From NCBI GenBank assembly GCA_050951545.1, contig JBMNJG010000009.1:1-64000 (forward strand): a stretch of 64,000 bases of DNA, read 5' to 3'. Origin of the DNA: Limnochordia bacterium. Its GTDB lineage: Bacteria; Bacillota; Limnochordia; DTU080. The position numbers and the translations under genes were made by a program. Under the pieces are notes generated by a model. That model was not told where the DNA came from. It did not search any database and worked only from the letters and a program-made list of their open reading frames with translations. The number at the start of each line of letters is the position of its first letter. The stretch's first letter is position 1. Shown piece by piece: positions 53,556 through 61,744 of the stretch.

Positions 53556-53806
53556 GTGCTTCTCCCTTGCGCAGTCCCGCCGGAATATGATCTACAGTAA
53601 ACCTCATGTCCACCATAGCACACCGCCTGGGGCGCTGCAATACGGACTGGGCACCCGGGCCCCGAGGCCAGATCCATAGGCACCTTACGCATCGTGAGCC
53701 CTACGAAATGGAGCTGCGACAGGTATACCTCGCCTGGGGTGTCAGGCCAGGCCAGGCTGGGGCATGGAGCGGTGGAGCAGTGGGGTGGGGCGGGGCGGGG
53801 CGGCGG

Positions 53807-53956
53807 TGGCAAAAGGCGGCAGTTTCGGTTTCTGTTGCCAGTTGTAACCGCCGCTAGGGCCCACCCTCTCACCCAAAACCACGACAAAGTCGCTCTGGCA
53901 CCTCCGATTCGCCGTCTCAAGCAACACAAATGGACCAGAACGGACACGGTTTGCCA
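53807..53956. repeat. ~150-bp self-complementary element, copy 1
   Basis: TGGCAAA...TTTGCCA ends with imperfect ~35-nt inverted arms; colinear homology to 55525-55673. Confidence 0.8.
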
Positions 53957-54040
53957 CACCGAGTGCCTGGGAACCACGAATTCACTGGTAACGGCGCGCC
54001 CATGAGCGCGTCTATCGCTGGCCGCCGGGTGGAGTCAGCC

Positions 54041-54097
54041 GGGCTGTGGATTCTGATGGACGACTCTGCGAGTTGCCCACAGACTCCACAGCCCCTA
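54041..54097. repeat. ~57-bp palindromic element, copy A
   Basis: GGGCTGTGGATTCTG...CAGACTCCACAGCCC; inverted near-copy of 54434-54490. Confidence 0.85.
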
Positions 54098-54433
54098 CCA
54101 GAAACATCCATTATTCCTCACTCCTGTATCTTGCCAATGGGGTCACTCTCGGTCTGCCGCGATGCCCCCGGAGAGCCCCCCCTGACGTCGGTCGTCAACG
54201 ATCGTGAATGTGCAGCCTTGAGGTTGTACGATAGATGTCAACCCTCCTCTCTTGGGATGGGCCGAGGAGAGAGTCTGGGGAACGCCATTGGGCTTGGTTA
54301 GAGCTGTGTGCGGGTGCCGTCAGAATCCCACCTCTTCACCCGAGATGGCGCGTTTTCTACCTCATACCGGGTTTCCCCCGCCTCCTCCCCACAAAGCAAG
54401 CAGCAAACACAGGACCAATAGATTGATCGATTC

Positions 54434-54490
54434 TAGGGGCTGTGGAGTCTGTGGGTAACCCAGAGGGTTATCCATCAGAATCCACAGCCC
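54434..54490. repeat. ~57-bp palindromic element, copy B (inverted relative to A)
   Basis: Outer 20 bp and inner 22 bp are exact reverse complements of copy A. Confidence 0.85.
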
Positions 54491-54529
54491 ACATGCTTTC
54501 CACGGCAAGAAAAGAACCAGCGATGGTGC

Positions 54530-55371
54530 GGCTGGTTTTTCGAGAGCATCTCGTTTTCCGGCTTGTGTGTTTGTCTAACCTCCGTACCAAAGCCGTAGTG
54601 AGTCTGAAAGGCATCGTAGCGCTCGGTCTCAACGGCGTTTCTGCCTAAGCCACTCTTGTAGCGGCCTTCAGATTGCCGATGATATGCATCACCGGGACGC
54701 CATCGAAGAACTGCAGGGCCCGTTGCTGGCCGTCCAGAAAGCACTCCTGAGTCGCCCGGGGGTATACGCTGACGCATGTGGCTCTGCTGTAACTCAAGCG
54801 TTGTGCCCAGAAATAGAGTTTGCACTTCTCACCGCCGATCTTTGCCGTGACCTCTCCAAAATCCCCTTGCATGCTCTGCCCCGCAACGAAGCCCAGGGGG
54901 ATGAACGGCTCGGGATTGCGCTTCTTGACCTTACCCACATATCGCCGTACGGTCGACTCTGCCGGCGAGCTGTCCTCGCCGAACTCCTCAACGACCCTTT
55001 CCCATATCCGCCTGCTCGTATGGCGCTGCTTACGGTTGATCTTCTTGTCGCTTTCGATGATGCCATCGATGCATAGGGTGGTCGTCTTTGGCGACGTGCG
55101 ATCGACAGACTCCGACTTTGGCAAACATCTGTCGGGGTTGGCCACCACGCGATCCACTGTCCCCCTCGAAATCCCGAAATGCTTCGCAATCTTTCGCTTG
55201 GACCAGTCTTCCCGTTCGTAGAGATGAATGATATCCTTAACCTTGGCCACCTTAACCACTCCAGTTTCCCCCCGTATGCTCTGTTTCGCAACTCAAGCAT
55301 ACAGGGAATTGGATAATTTTGGTGGCCTCATTCTCGATGATCATTTGGCCCTACTTGAGCCTATCAAAAAC
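54530..55371 (-). mobile_element. istA: IS21-family remnant: left end plus truncated, frameshifted istA
   Basis: ORF 54645-55259: HTH SKRKIAKHFGISRGTV, KQRHTSRRIWER, AESTVRRYV, QGDFG, FFDGVP; frameshifted continuation AFQTHYGF; tandem TGGCC...TGATCA-like end repeats at 55321-55371. Confidence 0.85.
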
Positions 55372-55386
55372 CGCCTCTTGCTTTCT

Positions 55387-55452
55387 GCCCGCAGACCCCA
55401 CAGCCCCTACCAGAAATGTTCATTATCGTTCCAGTGCCTTGTCAATGGGGTT
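55387..55452. repeat. Partial third copy of the 57-bp palindrome plus shared 3' flank
   Basis: GCCCGCAGACCCCACAGCCCCTACCAGAAA..CATTAT..CTTGTCAATGGGGT matches 54075-54143. Confidence 0.75.
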
Positions 55453-55524
55453 TGCCTGGGTATCCCCCCGGCGCGGAGGCGTTCGCTGGTATCCGTCTCA
55501 AGTGCTTGGGGCAGGCTGGAGGGC

Positions 55525-55673
55525 TGGCAAAAGAGGTCGGTTTCGGTTTGTGTTTCCGTCTGTAACCGCCTCCAGGGCTCATCTGTACAATCAAAAACCG
55601 CGAAAACCCTGCTGGCCCGTTTGATTGCCCGTCTGGGGCAACAGAAATGGACCGAATCCGACACGGTTTGCCG
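55525..55673. repeat. ~150-bp self-complementary element, copy 2
   Basis: Shares TGGCAAAAG, GTTTCGGTTT, TGTAACCGCC, AAAACC, GATT.GCCGTCT-like, GCAACA.AAATGGACC and GACACGGTTTGCC blocks with copy 1 at near-identical spacing. Confidence 0.8.
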
Positions 55674-55809
55674 CGTTCAGGCGGCATGCTCTTGTGCGAG
55701 GCGGCTCTTGCAGCGGTCTGTCTATTACCTGGAAGGATTCCGCTGCAGCGAGTCGAACACTAGTTCCTGGGAACAAACATTCCGGCTATGGGAGGTGGGC
55801 CTCTTGTAT

Positions 55810-56868
55810 ATGGAAGCGGCTGAAAAGGTGTACGTGCCTGTTTCTCTGTTGACCTCCAGTGAGCTACAGGCGACCGATAAGGTGATTTGGCTGGCTCTAC
55901 AGCTAGATGCCCATTTGAATAGGAAGTTCCTATTCTCGCCTACTCGCCTGGCCAGGCGCACCGGGTTGTCTCGCCCCACCATCCGCAGAGCGAGAGCGAA
56001 ACTCATTGCCGAGGGCTGGTATACCCCACCGAAAGCGAAGAGGAAGCGTGTGCGCTGGCAGCTATCTGGTCAAACGGCAGTCATACCTGCTGAGCTGATC
56101 ATGTCAACCAACGTAAGAGCTCAGGCCAAGATAGTCTATGGTGTATTGGGGTCGCTCCCCAAGGACAGTACTTCGGAATGCACTTTCACATACGCCTCGC
56201 TGGCTGAGATGATGAATCTCAACGCCAAGACGGTCAAGCGTGCTGTCTGTCACTTGGCGGAATTGCGTTGGCTAGAGCTAGAGCAAGCGAACAAGCATGC
56301 CCCGATTCGTTTTCACCTCCGCAATCCCGTCAAAGCCAAGCACATCACCGAAGTGCTGAAAGTGCGAGATCGCCTCATGGGGGTGCCCTACTATGGGGAG
56401 GCCTTGATGCAGGCCATGCTATCAGCCCTTGTGGCTTCCAGATCCTATCACGATGGTTCGACACCGGACATCCTAACGAACCCCCTTACGGACGAGTCAC
56501 TCGAGTACGACCGCTTCTATTACCACCACTGGGTGGCCTTCGAGTTCAATGGGCAACAGCACTACAGCGTCACGAACTGGTTTGATGAAGAGGTGGTGGC
56601 CGCGCAAAAGGAGCGTGACCAAATGAAGCGAGAGATGTCTAAGGAAAAGGGGGTCACGCTGATAGAAATCCGGGGCGAGGAACTGGGCTGGCAGACCTTG
56701 CTGCAAGAGATCGGCAAACGGCTACCGCTGCGGCGCGGCGTACGCTGCAATCGCGTGTTGATCAACTACCTGGAGAGACGCTGCGAGAGCTATCGTGAGA
56801 GGGCAGAGCGTGGCTGGGCGCCCACCAAGGAATCCACACCTGAGCTGGCCGACACACAAAATACGTAA
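55810..56868 (+). CDS. Tandem winged-HTH protein with C-terminal Vsr/DUF559-like (PD-(D/E)xK superfamily) nuclease domain
   Basis: Two repeats of [VP..L....L....K..W/Y..L ... LA...G/NL...T..RA...L...GW/RW]; C-terminal LEYDRFY..VAFEFNGQQHY..QKERDQMKR..KGVTLIEI; GGAGGT RBS (TTG 55804 or ATG 55810). Confidence 0.75.
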   Translation: MEAAEKVYVPVSLLTSSELQATDKVIWLALQLDAHLNRKFLFSPTRLARRTGLSRPTIRRARAKLIAEGWYTPPKAKRKRVRWQLSGQTAVIPAELIMSTNVRAQAKIVYGVLGSLPKDSTSECTFTYASLAEMMNLNAKTVKRAVCHLAELRWLELEQANKHAPIRFHLRNPVKAKHITEVLKVRDRLMGVPYYGEALMQAMLSALVASRSYHDGSTPDILTNPLTDESLEYDRFYYHHWVAFEFNGQQHYSVTNWFDEEVVAAQKERDQMKREMSKEKGVTLIEIRGEELGWQTLLQEIGKRLPLRRGVRCNRVLINYLERRCESYRERAERGWAPTKESTPELADTQNT

Positions 56869-57025
56869 TGGCCTTGGGCATGACACCACACTATACAAGC
56901 ATGCGTTGGCCACGGCCCCCTCGTGTATACCTGCCTGACCCATTGATCTTGTTTACGATCGCCGTATTCGTTACGATATATAGAGTGTGACTACCGACAA
57001 AAGCGTCTGATACAGACGCCGACAA

Positions 57026-57562
57026 ATGACTAGGCGGGATACAGTGAATGCTCTCGAAGAGATGTGGAGCATATATGTAGACTCATTTCCTGGGGAAGAG
57101 CGCCGGGATATCGATAGCCAAAGAAAGATACTGAGAAACCCATTGTACCATCTTCACCTCCTGCGCCATCACAACGAAGTCATCGGTCTCGTGGCGCTAT
57201 GGGATGTAAAGCAGTTTGTTTTTGTTGAACACCTGGCCATTAAGAAGACGATGCGTGGGCACGGCTACGGTTCGCTAACTTTAGAGCGTCTAACCGCGAA
57301 GTACCCGCATGTTGTGCTGGAAGTAGAGCCACCCACAACCCAGACTGCCCGACGCAGAATCCGCTTCTATCAGAAGCGGGGCTTTCACCTCAATCCGTAC
57401 AAGTACGACCAGCCTCCCTACGTAGCAGGACAGGCATCGGTACCTCTGCTGCTCATGACCTTCCCCCAGCCAGTTGATGCAAGGCGGTTCCATCTGATTC
57501 AGAAGACTTTGCGGTCAGTGGTCTATGGCACCAGCCAGGGCAACGGACATCGCTTTAATTAG
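57026..57562 (+). CDS. GNAT family N-acetyltransferase
   Basis: YVDSFPGEERR, EHLAI...RGHGYGS, VLEVEPP, RRIRFYQKRGF. Confidence 0.9.
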   Translation: MTRRDTVNALEEMWSIYVDSFPGEERRDIDSQRKILRNPLYHLHLLRHHNEVIGLVALWDVKQFVFVEHLAIKKTMRGHGYGSLTLERLTAKYPHVVLEVEPPTTQTARRRIRFYQKRGFHLNPYKYDQPPYVAGQASVPLLLMTFPQPVDARRFHLIQKTLRSVVYGTSQGNGHRFN

Positions 57563-57704
57563 CCAGCCGCTACGAACTGCTTAGTGATACTTCCCAGCCA
57601 TATCCTCGCCTTCACCTCCTCATCGGGAGGGCAATACCATCTGGGGTCTAAGTGTTTTTCGCATAGGGCAATTGCTGGGAAAACGCATGGGAGGCCGATC
57701 GACA

Positions 57705-57941
57705 ATGTACACCGCAGGACGGACCCACACGCTACTGATAGTCATGGTCGTTCTGGTTACCCTCATGGCAACGAGCTTGGCTCCTGTACAAGCAGCTGCG
57801 GGAAACCTAGCTCTGAACAATCGGAAGTGCGTCTCCCCCGACACCCTCTCGCGGCCTGAGGAGAGTGCGTCAAGTCAAGCGCTCAACTGCTTCTACTCTA
57901 CTTCCATAACCTCGATCATGCGTAGTGATGCATCGTCATAG
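57705..57941 (+). pseudogene. Probable 5' remnant of a secreted-protein gene
   Basis: GGGAGG RBS, signal peptide ending PVQAAA, then GNLALN, then non-protein-like sequence overlapping the convergent gene. Confidence 0.4.
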
Positions 57942-59788
57942 TACACTTCTCCCGGACCGTAGAATCTAAGGAAAGCGAGACCAGTGAGAGCTTTGGGTGG
58001 CGCCTCTACCTGCATCTTGATGTTCACCCATTCGTCATAGGAGTCGAACCATTCCCACTCACGTCGGTCCTCTCCGACATGCCCGCCAGCATAAAACTCC
58101 ACCTTCAGTGCCACCTTGCGACAAGGACCAGCGAGCTTTACCCAGGCAGACAGTTCATACGTCTTGCCGCCCTCTATGGGTACGCTCTGCTGCAACCAGT
58201 AGTAGCCGTTCGTATCAGTGCTCATTTTGACGCCCATATCCCCAGTCCGGGCGGCTTCCGAAGACCCGACAACCGCACCTGATCCCCAACCATCGACAGC
58301 GCCTGTCCCTCTGCCTTTGACAGCCCACGAAAGGGGGATGTCCACTACCGTATCTTCAAACCCGGGATTGGCCAGCAGGTTCTCGCCAACGTACCTCACC
58401 ACTTCTGAGCTCTGAGATACGGACCGGGGACGAACCTCAACCGACGGCAACTGGTAATCAGCTAGAGAGACGACCCGATCGTAGGCGACCAGCGTCGAGT
58501 CTTGCTGCACAGCGTGTAGGGAGACATCCTTTGTGAACCCACCCCAGGCGATCTTGGCACCATAGGGATTGACCACCTGCAGTTCGCCATCGATCCCAAA
58601 GAAGGCCTCACCTTCGCGTCTCTTGCTGACCGCGCCACAGAGGGCTGGGCGATCCTTATCGTCCGTGACCACTACATTCTTGAAGGTCACACCGCCCATT
58701 CTGCTTCCTGCCTCCAGGTAGATGGGGACAGACGAGACGGTCGCCACATTATGTACAACGCAATCTTCAAACAGGATCTTCAGCGTGTCTCCATCGTTGT
58801 TGCGAAGGCCAATGCCCTGACGCTCGAAGTTCTCGATAAGGCAGTTGCGCACCGTGATCTCACCAGAAGGATGATCATCGGGATTACGGACGGTGATGCT
58901 CAGCCCCACCGTACTACCCCGGACGAGAATATTCTCGAACAGAAAAGAGATGTCTGTCCAACGATCCAGCCTGGCCAAAGCGAGCACAATCCCTGGCCCC
59001 TTGTTGTTTTCAAAGACGCTGTTGCGAACAACAATGTTTCTAAGTATCTCATCCCGGTTGTTGGGCTCAAAATCAATGCCAGCCATGGGGTTCGTTCCGG
59101 ACGTGTTCTTGAAGACGCTATTCTCAATCAGGAGATTCTTGACGGAGATCACGCTGATCCCTTGGCGGTAGTTGCTGTCGGCGACTACATCCCGAATGAC
59201 GATATCCTCATTGTACGTCCGCCAAGTGCCGCGGCCAAGGTAGATCCCGTCACCGCCAGTATCACGGATGGTCAGGCCTAGGATCTGAACGTTCTTGCTG
59301 CCCCGAATGTCAATGCCCATGCGCCACTCCGCCTTCTCATAGGCAGGAGAGGCGTAATCGTCTTTGTGCATGCGAATGGTCGCCCCATAGCCGCGCATGA
59401 CGAGGTTTTCAACGTCCTGGGCAGTGAAGACGGAGTCCCTTTTACCGCGGTATTCGCCCTTTTTCGCGGTTACCACGACGCCCTCTTCAAAGACGAGCTC
59501 AAGGTTGCTGCGCAGGAAGATGGGACGCACAACCCAGTCTTGACCCATGTTCGGGATAGTGAGCCGAGAGACGCCCGAGTTGATCGCTGCTTGCAGATAC
59601 TCCGTAGAATCCAAGGGGTCAAAGCCCCACCACGCCGCGTTGGCCTCCGTCCGCTCCCCCGCCATGACCTCTTTGACCGCCTCAGGATTGGGGGCTGATG
59701 CGCCATAGGCCATGGCGACACCCTGCCACAGAACTGAGAGAGCCAGAAGAAGTGCACATGCAGTAGCCCGTGCCCACAGATGCTTCAT
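57893..59788 (-). CDS. Secreted right-handed parallel beta-helix protein (pectin-lyase-like) with C-terminal CBM4/9-like domain
   Basis: Signal peptide; DSTEYLQAAI, DTGGDGIYLG, NYRQGISVIS, GIDFEPN; NLLANPGFE and YYDD CBM motifs. Confidence 0.85.
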   Translation of the reverse strand: MKHLWARATACALLLALSVLWQGVAMAYGASAPNPEAVKEVMAGERTEANAAWWGFDPLDSTEYLQAAINSGVSRLTIPNMGQDWVVRPIFLRSNLELVFEEGVVVTAKKGEYRGKRDSVFTAQDVENLVMRGYGATIRMHKDDYASPAYEKAEWRMGIDIRGSKNVQILGLTIRDTGGDGIYLGRGTWRTYNEDIVIRDVVADSNYRQGISVISVKNLLIENSVFKNTSGTNPMAGIDFEPNNRDEILRNIVVRNSVFENNKGPGIVLALARLDRWTDISFLFENILVRGSTVGLSITVRNPDDHPSGEITVRNCLIENFERQGIGLRNNDGDTLKILFEDCVVHNVATVSSVPIYLEAGSRMGGVTFKNVVVTDDKDRPALCGAVSKRREGEAFFGIDGELQVVNPYGAKIAWGGFTKDVSLHAVQQDSTLVAYDRVVSLADYQLPSVEVRPRSVSQSSEVVRYVGENLLANPGFEDTVVDIPLSWAVKGRGTGAVDGWGSGAVVGSSEAARTGDMGVKMSTDTNGYYWLQQSVPIEGGKTYELSAWVKLAGPCRKVALKVEFYAGGHVGEDRREWEWFDSYDEWVNIKMQVEAPPKALTGLAFLRFYGPGEVYYDDASLRMIEVMEVE

Positions 59789-60044
59789 GCGGAGATTCCT
59801 CCCTGATGTAATGAAAATGTTGATACTAAGATGATCATGTAGATCAGTTGGTCAGATTGCCCTGATCGTAACACTGCCTGGCTGGGCGAGTCAAGCGGGT
59901 ACCGCCATAGGGAAGCCCTTCTTTCGTCAAAGATCAAAATGAAGATGTAGATCCTAGAACCAAGAGGCAGTAAATGTGGAACAGAAGAGTGCGCATGTGG
60001 TACACTGTTTGCAGTGATTGGACAGCAGGTTATGAAAGAGGTGC

Positions 60045-61346
60045 ATGGTCGTGTTCAGTCGTTGGATGAAAATCGCGTGCTGCCTTGTTGTTGCCACCAC
60101 TCTGGTCCTCGCCGCCCCTGCCCTTGCCGCCGAAAAGGTGAAGATCACCCACCTGAGTTCGGGGTCTCATAGTGAATCCTGGCAAGAGTACCTACAAGAG
60201 ATGAAGGTGCCCTTTGAGCAAGCGAACCCTGAGTGCGAGGTTGAGATCCTGGCGGACCCCAAACCCGACAACAAGTTCCTAGTGATGGCAGCCGGTGGCG
60301 TGTCGCCGGATGTCCTTGATCTGGTGACGCAAGTCTCTGCACCATTCATTGCCGACGGGATGTTTATGGACTTGAACAAGTTCCTCGATCGACAAACGGC
60401 TGCTCTGTTTCCGCCGTCAATGCTCAAGGCCTTCACGACGCCTTCTGGCCTACTGTATGCGCTGCCCGTGGAGGTCTACTCAATCGTCACTTGGTACAAT
60501 CTCGACATGCTAGACCAGGTCGGACTGACCGCCCCGGCGCTCCTTAAGGATAGGTCATGGAACTGGGAAACGATGAGGAGTTACGGTCGCAAGCTGACAA
60601 AGGACGCCGACGGCGACGGAGTAGCCGAGATATGGGGGCTCGACCGCATCAGGTACCGCCCGTACATCCAAGCGCTCCAGGCTGGCGGTCACTTTTTCGA
60701 TCGCGAGATCTTCCCGACCAAAAGCCTATTGCTCAGCGAGCCCGTAGTTACAGCGATGGAGTTCATCGAGAAGCTGATCCGGGAGGACCGAGTGAGCCAG
60801 CCTCAACGCGTCGGAGGCGGTACATACCTGTATCATGGCAAAGCGGCTATCGCGGTAACAGACGGTCCAGGTATCATTGGTACACGGATGAAGAATGTGG
60901 GCTTTGAGTGGGATGTAGCGCTTCAGCCCTATGGCCCGGCCAACAATGCCACCAACGTGTCGTTGAACGGTTTCCAGATTAGCTCCCAGACAAAGCACCC
61001 ACAGGAAGCATGGCAGTGGGCAAAGTTTCTCAGCACCACTGAACAGGCACAGCGCAGTCTCGCGCGGCATACTGGTCGACTTCCTGTCATGGCCAGAGTG
61101 GCTCGTTCCTGGGACTCGTATGTCCCGGATCTGCCGCAGAACTGGATGGCGTTTTTCGAGCAGTCCGTACATCCAGACAACATCTTCCTCAAGGAAGGCC
61201 TAATCAGCGACACGCGTATCACCACAACCCTCACGAACCAGCTGGCCAGGGTATGGAATGGCGATGTCTCCGCACGCACCGCCCTCGAGGAGGCAGACCG
61301 CCTCATCAGCAGCCTGTTCGCCGAAGGAGCCAGCAGGACACCTTAG
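60045..61346 (+). CDS. ABC transporter sugar-binding protein
   Basis: Signal peptide; AAGGVSPDV, WYNLDMLDQVGL..P...WNWE, TKHPQEAWQWAKFL. Confidence 0.88.
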   Translation: MVVFSRWMKIACCLVVATTLVLAAPALAAEKVKITHLSSGSHSESWQEYLQEMKVPFEQANPECEVEILADPKPDNKFLVMAAGGVSPDVLDLVTQVSAPFIADGMFMDLNKFLDRQTAALFPPSMLKAFTTPSGLLYALPVEVYSIVTWYNLDMLDQVGLTAPALLKDRSWNWETMRSYGRKLTKDADGDGVAEIWGLDRIRYRPYIQALQAGGHFFDREIFPTKSLLLSEPVVTAMEFIEKLIREDRVSQPQRVGGGTYLYHGKAAIAVTDGPGIIGTRMKNVGFEWDVALQPYGPANNATNVSLNGFQISSQTKHPQEAWQWAKFLSTTEQAQRSLARHTGRLPVMARVARSWDSYVPDLPQNWMAFFEQSVHPDNIFLKEGLISDTRITTTLTNQLARVWNGDVSARTALEEADRLISSLFAEGASRTP

Positions 61347-61744
61347 GCGAGAATTGACCATCAGCGTCCAGACCCAGCGAGCCGCACTGTCGAGGCTTGC
61401 CCACAGGCAACAAGAGCCCGATCGCTTCACAGTAGTAAGACCACTTGCCTACGGCCGAGAGAGCAATCTCTCGGCCGTAGAATTCCTGACCGTTCCTTTG
61501 CTGGCCTAGTTTCGAAGGAGATAGCGAAGCTCGCAACAGTGACCCATCCAGACGAGGCTGATGGTTAGTGATCACATTACCATGGGAGATAGCGGCAAGA
61601 AGCGTCGCGTTGAGAGACAGGCCACCATATGCACGCTGAACGAGAGACAACTCATCAACATACAGCTACTCGAAACGCTACGACCTCGGTACTGCCAGCC
61701 GCAGGCGCACAGGCCCCATGAGGCCCGAGGGATGCAGAGCGCCC

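Noticed and set aside
53516-54460. Several 60-150-aa ORFs on both strands
   Set aside because: Low-complexity, no recognisable motifs, and overlapping repeat elements.
55228-55803. 194-codon N-terminal extension of the wHTH-nuclease ORF in the ORF track
   Set aside because: It runs through the IS21 end and the non-coding repeats; a strong RBS and promoter motif point to a start at 55804/55810.
56994-57025. GCGTCTG-ata-CAGACGC hairpin flanked by CCGACAA direct repeats
   Set aside because: Too short to assign; it could be a small duplication or weak terminator and was not seen elsewhere.
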